A DNA stretch of 64,000 nt from a bacterium (lineage in GTDB: Bacteria; Patescibacteriota; Minisyncoccia; JAHIHE01). A model generated the notes under the pieces. It searched no databases, was not told the DNA's origin, and worked only from the letters and a program-made list of their open reading frames with translations. A program made the translations under genes and the position numbers. Positions 29,112 through 37,775 of this stretch are shown here, piece by piece. Location of the stretch: NCBI GenBank assembly GCA_030693205.1, contig JAUYBG010000006.1:68015-132014 (forward strand). Reading direction: 5' to 3'. Every line of letters starts with the position of its first letter. The first letter of the stretch is position 1.

Positions 29112-29219
29112 CTAATCTCCGGCATAAGTTGGGAGCATTACGCATCCTGTAGATATCCTTTCTATTACTGGACTTTCTTGCTCCGAATCTTTCTCTGTCT
29201 TAGAATTTTCTAAACCCAT
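29112..29219 (-). CDS. candidate precursor peptide B (35 aa)
   Basis: MGLENSKTEKDSEQESPVIERISTGCVMLPTYAGD; gaggaggtgaaaaaATG; hairpin ggaattattg/caataattcc between it and rSAM B. Confidence 0.5.
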   Translation of the reverse strand: MGLENSKTEKDSEQESPVIERISTGCVMLPTYAGD

Positions 29220-29236
29220 TTTTTCACCTCCTCAAA

Positions 29237-29322
29237 TTTTAAAAGAACTCATCTGGCTAAATAGTTTCTATTTAGCCATCCTTCCTTGCGTATAACCCTA
29301 GCAAATCCAGGGGTTTTGTCAA
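29237..29322 (-). promoter_or_regulatory. conserved promoter plus 5'-UTR hairpin element, copy B
   Basis: TTGACA-16nt-TAGGGT and the same hairpin, with loop tttc instead of gctt. Confidence 0.5.
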
Positions 29323-29334
29323 ATACTGACTCCC

Positions 29335-29580
29335 GCTGATTACTTATATTGGGGTTTTTAGACAAGCACGAACTATATATATTCCCAAATTTTATCTTTA
29401 TCTTCCTGCCGCACCGGCAAAATTACGGTAAAAGTCGAGCCCGCGCCTTCCCCTTCCGAGACCACCTTAATTTTTCCGCCATGCTTGGCTATGATCTGCT
29501 TGGCGATAAAAAGTCCCAGGCCGGAACCGTTCGGATTGATATAATTGGATTTTTTCCCGCGTGAAAATTTTTGAAAAATC
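29335..29580 (-). pseudogene. histidine kinase 3'-end fragment, copy 2
   Basis: ~240 bp homologous to the last ~75 codons of HK 32065-34050 (ATP-lid to C-terminus), with the stop region mutated. Confidence 0.55.
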
Positions 29581-30332
29581 TATTTTAGACCACCTTTCCA
29601 TTCCTTTTCTAATTCTTCGATCGATTTTTCGAAACCATTTTCAATAATTTTTAAATTTTCCTCGGAATTATTTAATCGCGACAATCTTTGGTAAGTTTTT
29701 TTAAACTTATCCCATCCGTAAGTATTGATTAAAAATCTGACAAAAGAGCCAACTTCCGGATAAATTATTTTAGAATCAACCTTTTCCCAATTTTTATTAT
29801 CAATTAAGTTTTTGATAGAATACAGTTTTTTCTGACTCAATAACTCTTTGGAAATTATATCAATATCCTTACCGAATAAATTTCCTTCCATAAACTGAGC
29901 TAATCCCTCGCAAAACAAATATATCGATAACCCAAGGGATAAAGACAAAAAATGAGTATCTTCATGCTCGCCGATAAACTGGCATTTATCATTATAAATC
30001 GTATGAATTTCAAATTTGTTTGTTTTTGGTTCGCTATTAACTAATTCAAAATCTCCCCAAATCACATTACCAGGGCTGTCATCGCCCATTAAAGATGCTT
30101 TGCTTTTTAAGGACGGATAAATATAATAATGAATAATTTGCTTATTTTTTAAATCAAGAAACGATAAAATTTTATTGTGATGTTTTTCTTTTAGCTTAAT
30201 AATTTTATAAATATCATTTTCAGCTAAAGAATTTTTGAGATAGTAAAAAACATAATGGTTGCTTTTTTGTTTAATCCATTTTTGCCTCAAATAATCGTTT
30301 TTATACCACGGAATTTCTTGTTTTATTTTCAT
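29580..30332 (-). CDS. HExxH-motif protein downstream of radical SAM enzyme C
   Basis: IGEHEDTHF motif; 250 aa; directly after rSAM C. Confidence 0.45.
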   Translation of the reverse strand: MKIKQEIPWYKNDYLRQKWIKQKSNHYVFYYLKNSLAENDIYKIIKLKEKHHNKILSFLDLKNKQIIHYYIYPSLKSKASLMGDDSPGNVIWGDFELVNSEPKTNKFEIHTIYNDKCQFIGEHEDTHFLSLSLGLSIYLFCEGLAQFMEGNLFGKDIDIISKELLSQKKLYSIKNLIDNKNWEKVDSKIIYPEVGSFVRFLINTYGWDKFKKTYQRLSRLNNSEENLKIIENGFEKSIEELEKEWKGGLK

Positions 30333-30406
30333 ATTGATATATTAGCTTAAATATTATACCAAACAATAAAAAAATTAGCCATTATTGTGTTTAAATGGCT
30401 ATAGCT

Positions 30407-31909
30407 TTATTCAAAGTTTAATTTTACTAATCCCTTATTTATTTTTTCCACAAGTTCACGCCTGCAATATGGTTCTAATAGACTACCTATTGTTACATAG
30501 GCATCAAACCGACATCCTCCGCCACAAATAGGAACGAACGGGCAATCTTCTGAAAGACATTTATCCAGATAGCTAAAATCCATAAATTTTGCATCATCGG
30601 TATTAGCCGTTGAATCTATGTTTCCAAAAGAAAATCCATCTCTTCCTACTGTGCTTATGCATTTAAGCAATGCTCCGTCTGGCTCTATTGTAGCCGAATT
30701 TATAGCTCTCGCGGTACACCAAGGACCGACTAAATATTCTTGAGGAATTACAAATCCTCTTTTCTTTGCTTCCTTGCAAAGCCACAGATATTTATCAGCG
30801 CTCTCGCTAAAACTTAATCCAAATTCATTAAGGTAAGAGTCCGGCGCTCGCTTGCCCATATCTCCGCAAATAGTTGGAGCCACTATACCAAAAGAGAATT
30901 CTATTTTATCCTGCAGTTTATTTTCTGCCAAAAAATCAAACAGCTGCGGTATTAAATCAACATTCTGCCGGTCAAAATTGACTCTAAGGTGAATTTTTTT
31001 AACAAAACCTTGATTTATAGAACTCAAGATATTTTTTGAAATTTTATCAAATGTACCCTTGCCGTCTTTTCTGAACCTTCTTAAGTCGTGTACTTTTCCG
31101 TATCCATCAAGAGTTATCTGAACTCTATCAAGGTTGCATCCGTTTAAGAAAGAGGCAATTTCTTTATCAAAAAATTCACCATTTGTCATTATGCCGAGTT
31201 CAAGTGCTAAGTTTTTTTGCTTGGCTATCGTGTGCAGTTTTGGCAAAATAAATCTGATTGTCTTTTTATTCAATAACGGCTCGCCCCCGTACAGAACTAC
31301 TCTTAGCTTATTGCAACCAGCATGGTTACCTAGATAAGCATCACACCAATTCACTATTTCATCGGCTATTTGAATTGACATTGATTTATGTTTTTCTATT
31401 CCTCTCTCGAAACAGTAAGGGCAGGCCAGCTGGCAATTTCTAGTAAGGACAAGATATATTCCGAAAGTTTTATCATCCAATCTGGCCTTATGGAATAGCT
31501 CTTTGTATTTTAGCTTTTCGTTTAATTCCGCAGGAACGAGCATTTCCATTTTTACGAGCTCATTTATGTAATCGCCTAAATACGAACCAGTAATATTAGA
31601 TTGTCCATTGTTTGTAATTTCATCGATTTCTCTTTTTAGCCGTCCGGTTAATCTTACTGTGCTTGTAGTCAGCGTATTTCTAGCGATGATTTTATCGCTG
31701 TTTTCATATTCAATCCAAAACACAAATCGAGACCATTTCAGTTTCACATCGTTCACCTCTTTGTCATTGATATATTTTTGGGGAAGTTTTATTAAACCTC
31801 CCCCTTTGCTTATGCGGTTAATAACCGCAGCCATCTTTACCCATATCGCCGGTACGGGTTCCGGAATCAGTGCCTTTTTGGAGCACTTCAAAATCTTGGT
31901 TGCCGTCAT
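30407..31909 (-). CDS. radical SAM/SPASM enzyme C
   Basis: CQLACPYC; SPASM (CLSEDCPFVPICGGGCRFD). The track start (31909) overlaps candidate precursor C; the true start may be M26 (31834) or similar. Confidence 0.75.
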   Translation of the reverse strand: MTATKILKCSKKALIPEPVPAIWVKMAAVINRISKGGGLIKLPQKYINDKEVNDVKLKWSRFVFWIEYENSDKIIARNTLTTSTVRLTGRLKREIDEITNNGQSNITGSYLGDYINELVKMEMLVPAELNEKLKYKELFHKARLDDKTFGIYLVLTRNCQLACPYCFERGIEKHKSMSIQIADEIVNWCDAYLGNHAGCNKLRVVLYGGEPLLNKKTIRFILPKLHTIAKQKNLALELGIMTNGEFFDKEIASFLNGCNLDRVQITLDGYGKVHDLRRFRKDGKGTFDKISKNILSSINQGFVKKIHLRVNFDRQNVDLIPQLFDFLAENKLQDKIEFSFGIVAPTICGDMGKRAPDSYLNEFGLSFSESADKYLWLCKEAKKRGFVIPQEYLVGPWCTARAINSATIEPDGALLKCISTVGRDGFSFGNIDSTANTDDAKFMDFSYLDKCLSEDCPFVPICGGGCRFDAYVTIGSLLEPYCRRELVEKINKGLVKLNFE

Positions 31910-31916
31910 TGCTCAT
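31818..31916 (-). CDS. candidate precursor peptide C (32 aa)
   Basis: MSNDGNQDFEVLQKGTDSGTRTGDMGKDGCGY; the same gaggaggtgaaaaaATG context as precursor B. Confidence 0.45.
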   Translation of the reverse strand: MSNDGNQDFEVLQKGTDSGTRTGDMGKDGCGY

Positions 31917-31933
31917 TTTTTCACCTCCTCAAA

Positions 31934-32019
31934 TTTTAAAAGAACTCATCTGACTAAATAGCTTCTATTTGGTCATCCTTCCTTACAATAACCTTAACAA
32001 ATCTCAATAATTTGTCAAT
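31934..32019 (-). promoter_or_regulatory. conserved promoter plus 5'-UTR hairpin element, copy C
   Basis: TTGACA-16nt-TAAGGT; hairpin gaccaaatag/ctatttagtc (one mismatch). Confidence 0.5.
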
Positions 32020-32064
32020 CTTTAGCTTTAATGTACAAGTTATAGATTTTGCAAGTTTTATCCC

Positions 32065-34050
32065 CTATCTTCCCTGCCGCACCGGCAAAGACACGATAAA
32101 AGTCGAACCTTTGCCTTCCCCCTCCGAGATTACTTTGATTTTTCCGTGATGCTTAGCTATGATCTGCTTGGCGATAAAAAGTCCCAGGCCGGAACCGTTC
32201 GGATTGATATAATTGGATTTTTTCCCGCGGGAAAATTTCTGAAAAAGAATTTTTTTATCATCCCCGCTCAAGCCTATGCCCGTATCAGTAAAATAAATAT
32301 TCACGTTATCTTTCTCCCGCTTAACTTCAATAATCAATCCGCCTTTTTCGGTATATTTTTCTGCGTTATCTATTAAGTTCATAAAAACATTGTGAAGAAG
32401 CTTTTCGTCAGCTTCGATCTTCGGAATCTTCTGGGAAGATCTTTTGTATTTCAAATATAAATTCTTTTTTTTGAAATTAAGATTAAGCATTTCGATATTT
32501 TCCTGAAGCATCTTCCGTATATCAATTGGCTGAAAATTCAATTTTAACTCCCCTTCGCTTTCCGTCGCTGTCACCATATCGTTGACGATATTGTTAAGAC
32601 GCTCTGTATTATCCACGATTCTCGCTTTTACTTCCAACTTTTTTTCCGGAGTAGCTTTGTCAAAATCCTTGGCATTCCACATTGAAATAAATCCCCGCAT
32701 TACAGTCAAGGGAGTCCTAAGCTGGTGAGAGACGATATGTAAAAAATCACTCTTCACATCCAATGCGTTTTTAAGCTTGTCTTTGGCTATAGTAAGCTCT
32801 TCGATATTTTTATTCAAATTTTGATAAAATTGAAGGTTATCCATAACTACGCTTACATGCTGGGTAAAAGCATTGATTAGATCTAAATCTCTCGGGCTGA
32901 CTTCCGTAATTTCTTTGGTAAAAATAAAAATCAAAGCTCCTTTTTTCTCGCCTCTGATTGTCATTGGAACCGATGCGAATGTTTTTCCGCCAAGTTTCTC
33001 TTGTATCAATAGGGACGTGGGCTTATCCAACGGCGGACAAATAAAATCCGCTATGTTCGACCCTTTTTCAATTTCGTTATTGAGAATACTTTTGATAACC
33101 AGACCGCAATTTTTAGAATTTTTGCTATCAACAATCAAGCTGTAATCGCTTAATTCAGGCTTAGATAATAAACACCTTGCTTGCCTCATTTTATCTGATT
33201 CTGTGGTAATATAAGCGCAAGCTTTTCCACTATCTTCATCGTAGCGAATTAAAAATGTTCCCATAATACCAAGATGCCCGAGTTTTGCCGGCACAGCATC
33301 CATAATATTCTGCACGCTTTTTTCAATTTCCACTCCCAAAGAAACCATTTTGTTTAAAGACAGAAGGGATTCCAAATCCTGCGTTTTTTCCTCAAGATTT
33401 TTTAATTGATTTCTAATTTGTTCGTATTGACGAATATTATTGATTGCAATAGCCACTTGATCAGAAAAAGTTTTAAGCATTTCCTGCTCTTCTTGAGAAA
33501 ATTCTTTTCTGGTTGAGGTAAAGAATACTACTCCCAAAATTTTGTCTAAAAATATAACAGGAAGAGAAATACAAAGATTCATGCCCATAAATTTCTGCAT
33601 AGTATCAGCCAATGATGCATTTACAGCGGGACTGATAAATTCACTCATATGTGCCCCTACATGAATTTTTCTTGTAAGGTAAGTTTGTACGGTTAAATTA
33701 TCATCAAGATTTAATGGGTAAGTGTGTTCTTTGAATGGCTTATTCAGCCATCCGACAACTTTTTGGCCTAAATATGATTGCGTATAAGACCAAGGTATAA
33801 GTTGCTTATTAATTTCGTCAGGTAAAAACAACACTCCTCCTATGAAATCCATCTCTTCAACCATAACGTTCACCATCTTTTGGGTCAATGCTTCATAATC
33901 TTTGATAGTAACAAGCATAGAGAATATTTTCTGCAAAGTCTTGTAGCGCATCTCTTTTGAGGTTGGTTTTTCTACAAGTCTACCTTTAAATCTATCGGTA
34001 TCAATGTTTGGGAAGATAAGCTTTCTTATTATACCTTGGATTAAGTTCAT
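32065..34050 (-). CDS. cytoplasmic sensor histidine kinase (GAF-GAF-HisKA-HATPase)
   Basis: H-box HQLRTPL; N, G1, G2 boxes (NLIDNAEKYT, DTGIGLS, GSGLGLFIAKQII); no TM segments. Confidence 0.85.
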   Translation of the reverse strand: MNLIQGIIRKLIFPNIDTDRFKGRLVEKPTSKEMRYKTLQKIFSMLVTIKDYEALTQKMVNVMVEEMDFIGGVLFLPDEINKQLIPWSYTQSYLGQKVVGWLNKPFKEHTYPLNLDDNLTVQTYLTRKIHVGAHMSEFISPAVNASLADTMQKFMGMNLCISLPVIFLDKILGVVFFTSTRKEFSQEEQEMLKTFSDQVAIAINNIRQYEQIRNQLKNLEEKTQDLESLLSLNKMVSLGVEIEKSVQNIMDAVPAKLGHLGIMGTFLIRYDEDSGKACAYITTESDKMRQARCLLSKPELSDYSLIVDSKNSKNCGLVIKSILNNEIEKGSNIADFICPPLDKPTSLLIQEKLGGKTFASVPMTIRGEKKGALIFIFTKEITEVSPRDLDLINAFTQHVSVVMDNLQFYQNLNKNIEELTIAKDKLKNALDVKSDFLHIVSHQLRTPLTVMRGFISMWNAKDFDKATPEKKLEVKARIVDNTERLNNIVNDMVTATESEGELKLNFQPIDIRKMLQENIEMLNLNFKKKNLYLKYKRSSQKIPKIEADEKLLHNVFMNLIDNAEKYTEKGGLIIEVKREKDNVNIYFTDTGIGLSGDDKKILFQKFSRGKKSNYINPNGSGLGLFIAKQIIAKHHGKIKVISEGEGKGSTFIVSLPVRQGR

Positions 34051-35000
34051 TTGTTTTTTAGGTTATCGGCTAAATCTTGATAAGCAGTTAAAATTTCCAG
34101 AGGAAAAACAGGAGAGAATACTTCTATCAAAATTTTAAGCTGAGCCCTTCTGAGATTCCCTAAATTATCTTTATAGTTTGGAAGGTGTTTTTTTGCGAGC
34201 TTTAACATATTTTTCATTTCTGTTAATTCAGGCAACTTTTGAGTATAAAAATTAAGCTCGCCTTTTTCTTGTTCTTCCTTCCAATCATGCAAATAAATTG
34301 CCGGAGCATAAGCAATTGACCATAATTCTGCTAATGTTAAATTTTCAGTAGGCTCAACGGAGAAAAAAAATTCTTGTATAGTTTTGGTAGTCATCCAATA
34401 AGGAATATCTCTGAGTTTTAAAATGTCACCAGCAACCTCTTTATCTACATACTCTACCCCAAGTTTTTTATACTCGGAAAGATAACTGTGTTGTTCGTTC
34501 TCTGTCCCTGCAAGTTGAATTAAACCTCCATACATTAATCTTTTAAGACCATTATTAAAACCTGTCACATTTTTGATTCTAGAAGCCGCTATTATATCAA
34601 CAAATTCACCTAAACCCTTCACCGAATTAACTAAAGAACGAATATCATTTCGTTTTTCTTTCATTTGCTGAGGAGTTGGAGGAAAATCAGATCTATCAAA
34701 AAAATCATCAATAAAATGTGTAGCAAACGCCAGATACGCCTTCTTACACATCTCTTCCTTGTCGTTAGAAGGAATAGCCATAATAAATGCTTGTATTTTC
34801 GAATCATTAAATCCGTGAACCGAACTTGTATGAAAAAAATCATTGAATCCAATTAATGCAACATCTCGTTTAAATTGCATTTCAGCTTTATTTACTGCTC
34901 TCATTATTTGATTCGATTCTTTCACTCTAGAGAAAAGCTTTTGTAATTTATCTATGTGTGATATTTCTATACCTTTACGAAACCCAATCATAGACTCCAT
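34047..35000 (-). CDS. hypothetical protein, stop overlaps the HK start; contains a DDxxD motif
   Basis: 317 aa; FIDDFFD motif. Confidence 0.45.
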   Translation of the reverse strand: MESMIGFRKGIEISHIDKLQKLFSRVKESNQIMRAVNKAEMQFKRDVALIGFNDFFHTSSVHGFNDSKIQAFIMAIPSNDKEEMCKKAYLAFATHFIDDFFDRSDFPPTPQQMKEKRNDIRSLVNSVKGLGEFVDIIAASRIKNVTGFNNGLKRLMYGGLIQLAGTENEQHSYLSEYKKLGVEYVDKEVAGDILKLRDIPYWMTTKTIQEFFFSVEPTENLTLAELWSIAYAPAIYLHDWKEEQEKGELNFYTQKLPELTEMKNMLKLAKKHLPNYKDNLGNLRRAQLKILIEVFSPVFPLEILTAYQDLADNLKNK

Positions 35001-35087
35001 AATATATAAAGGTCTATATTACTTTAGTAACTGACATTTGCTAGAATAGATTGTCTAGAAAATGAAAGACAAGTAATACACCTTTTT

Positions 35088-35303
35088 CTAAATAAACCCA
35101 CCTTGTTTTCCCACTTTCTCATACTCCTTCACCCATTTTTGCAACTCCGCCGGCAATTTCACGTTTTTAACTTCCTCAATTTCTTTTTCGATCCTCTTTG
35201 GGGTCAATTCTCTTAATATTCCGCAAACTACCGGATATTTTCTCTGCTCCGCCTTGGTAAAACCGTAATAATTAAGAAGCGATTGTGTTTTTTCTTTAGC
35301 CAT
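35088..35303 (-). CDS. small hypothetical protein (71 aa)
   Basis: Start at [15 protein letters not shown]; a truncated paralog lies at 37325-37447. Confidence 0.4.
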   Translation of the reverse strand: MAKEKTQSLLNYYGFTKAEQRKYPVVCGILRELTPKRIEKEIEEVKNVKLPAELQKWVKEYEKVGKQGGFI

Positions 35304-35389
35304 TTTAAAAAAATTATTAATTAAGTTCTCTTTTTCCTCCCTTGGTAAGCCGTAGCCTTGGCGCAAGGTGACTATCCTGCAAATTTTAA

Positions 35390-35728
35390 TTATTTTTCCT
35401 GCTTCTTTTTTATAACTAAATCTTTACCGTGATACAGTGCCAATATAAGCAGATAGAAAAATGCCGCGTCAAGAATAAAATACTGCCAGTTAAATTCTTT
35501 TGTACTGCCCTGTCCATAAGGACCTCTTAAAAAACCGCACGAAACTTTCCATGGCATAGGCGGATCCAACAAACTATCATCGTGTACAACAAATTTTAGC
35601 GGCCAGCCGCACGAAAGATTTTTTAAATCCGAGTGCTTAGTTACCTCAACTTTTGGATAGGTAGATACTAATGCAACTATAAAAGAAAGCGCGATAAAGA
35701 AAACTTGGACAAATATTTTTTTTCGCAT
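35390..35728 (-). CDS. small membrane protein
   Basis: 112 aa with N- and C-terminal hydrophobic helices. Confidence 0.45.
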   Translation of the reverse strand: MRKKIFVQVFFIALSFIVALVSTYPKVEVTKHSDLKNLSCGWPLKFVVHDDSLLDPPMPWKVSCGFLRGPYGQGSTKEFNWQYFILDAAFFYLLILALYHGKDLVIKKKQEK

Positions 35729-35742
35729 ATAGGTTTATATTA

Positions 35743-37185
35743 TCAATACGTTATTCCGCATGCTTCGTTTGAGTATGCAGAACCGCCAATGTTATTTGTT
35801 GCTTTTAGGCGGTAGCAGTATTGAGTCATCGACGAAAGAGAAGAATTTATCCAATACCATTTCCCTGCTCCGGGCAAAAGTTCATCATATGCTCCGACAA
35901 GAGCCCCAAAACTGCCAAGAGATACCCAACTTCCACCTGTGCCAGTTTTTCTTTCTATCCAAATATTGGTTTCGTCATATGTATTATCGGTAAAATTCAC
36001 TTGCAAACTAGTCGCTGTTGGATTTGTAACCGATACATTACTTGGTGCATCAGGCACTTGACCATTATATGTCCATGATTGTGTTCCCGGCACAGCGGTA
36101 CTCCACGCGGGAATTAGAGTATAAATTTTATATTTCGCACTGCACCAAGTTGTGTAACAAAAACTTGGACTACGATACCCGACCTGCCCTTGAAGCTTAA
36201 ACTTGTCAGACGCATCATTTCCGTCAGCAGTACGAATATATGTGTAATAATTTGTATTTGCTTGCAAGGCATCTGCTTGAGCAGCTCCTATTGTATAAGA
36301 TAACTCATCAATTTCACAACCAATTCCTTTTGTTGGTTCCATAAATCTGGTATCAATATATGGTTTAGATGCTGCTGGCCAACTAGTAGCTGCATAAGTT
36401 GTTGTCGGGTAACACCCGGGATATGATGTGCTATTCCCGTCTAAATATGTTTTTCTGTCGTAATTATAAAGAATAATTTTATGCTCATAAGTCTGGTCGG
36501 AAGCAAAATTTATTGTATTCCATATCATATTTTGTTGCGTGTATCTTCCACCATAGGAAGAAGGATAGAAATATGAAGTACCAGAGGTTGGGAGTGACAG
36601 GTACATCGGTGTTGTCGTTAATGCTGCGGTACTTATAGTTTCACTACCTGAAAGGTACGCTTCTTTTGGAGCAGTTTTCCCGCGAGTTTGCAGAGCAATA
36701 TCATGCTGATTATTTTTGACATTGATCTTGTCTACTACAAGACCTTTTTTAATTTGATCGATACTGCTGTTCTCGCCTGTTACCGTGATTTTCGTTATTA
36801 AAATATTTTCGATATTACCAGAACTGCCGGACGATAACTGGTTAATACCTTTAACATCAGCAAGGAATGCTTTGCGGTTTTTTATATAATCTTCTTTGAT
36901 GTTTTTTTTGTTTTTAGGATCAACCACGTAAAAATCATGAACGGCTTCGTTATTAACCGTAAAGTTGCTTTCTAATATTATTTCATCAAAGAAAGTATTG
37001 TTTCCTCCTGCAAAAAGCGCATCTAGCGCAATAGGATTTTTAAGTTCAATTTGAACAGTTGAGGTGTTGTTTTTAAGCAAACCTGCATCTCCCGCTTTTG
37101 CCTGCGTTAGTTGTGAATAGTCGAAGCCGGACGCAAGCGCAGTTATTGCAAGCGCAAACACTATGACATAGTAGATATTTTTCAT
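35743..37185 (-). CDS. secreted protein with a C-terminal fibronectin-III-like domain
   Basis: Signal peptide, Asn/Thr/Ser-rich; C-terminus VSVTNPTATSLQVNF...YCYRLKATN. Confidence 0.55.
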   Translation of the reverse strand: MKNIYYVIVFALAITALASGFDYSQLTQAKAGDAGLLKNNTSTVQIELKNPIALDALFAGGNNTFFDEIILESNFTVNNEAVHDFYVVDPKNKKNIKEDYIKNRKAFLADVKGINQLSSGSSGNIENILITKITVTGENSSIDQIKKGLVVDKINVKNNQHDIALQTRGKTAPKEAYLSGSETISTAALTTTPMYLSLPTSGTSYFYPSSYGGRYTQQNMIWNTINFASDQTYEHKIILYNYDRKTYLDGNSTSYPGCYPTTTYAATSWPAASKPYIDTRFMEPTKGIGCEIDELSYTIGAAQADALQANTNYYTYIRTADGNDASDKFKLQGQVGYRSPSFCYTTWCSAKYKIYTLIPAWSTAVPGTQSWTYNGQVPDAPSNVSVTNPTATSLQVNFTDNTYDETNIWIERKTGTGGSWVSLGSFGALVGAYDELLPGAGKWYWINSSLSSMTQYCYRLKATNNIGGSAYSNEACGITY

Positions 37186-37324
37186 AAATGTGAATATTTT
37201 TAATTAATAAAAAACTTTAGTTTTGATCATATCCTAAAATAAACCCTGATGACATACGGTTAATTTTACAACATATTTTTTATTTCAGTTAAAAACTTTA
37301 ATTTTAATTTTTAACTTCCTCGAT

Positions 37325-37447
37325 TTATTTTTCAATCCTTCCCGGAATTAATTCCCCCAGAATTCCCGCCACCACCGGATATTTTTTCTGCTCCATTGCT
37401 GTAAAACCATAATAACCGAGAAGCGATTCTGTTTTTTCTTTAGCCAT
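37325..37447 (-). pseudogene. truncated duplicate of the 35088-35303 gene
   Basis: MAKEKTESLLGYYGFTAMEQKKYPVVAGILGELIPGRIEK then stop; flanking DNA also conserved. Confidence 0.4.
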
Positions 37448-37730
37448 TTTAAAAAAAATATTAATTAAACTTTTTTCTCATTTTTAATTTCCTTTTCTCG
37501 AACTTCTTTATTAACTTTATCAACATTCTGTAAAATTTTATCGTCCATTATAAATTTTTTACAAATTAATCCTTTGATTTTCATTTTTTAGATTATACCA
37601 TATTTTGCCAAAATAAACAAAATACCCGTATAACATTAACCAAAAACGGGAATATAGAATGAATTTATACGGAAATAAAAAACTCCAAGAGCAATTCCTG
37701 GATTTTTTATAAATTTAACAATTGTGAGCG

Positions 37731-37766
37731 ATAAAAAAACAGGCGAATCTTTACCTGTTTTTTATT
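37731..37766. terminator. bidirectional intrinsic terminator
   Basis: aacaggcgaatctttacctgtt flanked by A- and T-runs. Confidence 0.45.
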
Positions 37767-37775
37767 TTATTATTT

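Noticed and set aside
31835-31909. ORF-track N-terminal extension of rSAM C (MTATKILKCSKKALIPEPVPAIWVK)
   Set aside because: Probably an artefact of the longest-ORF rule; the region is better explained by precursor C in another frame with an identical RBS context to precursor B. Not fully excluded.
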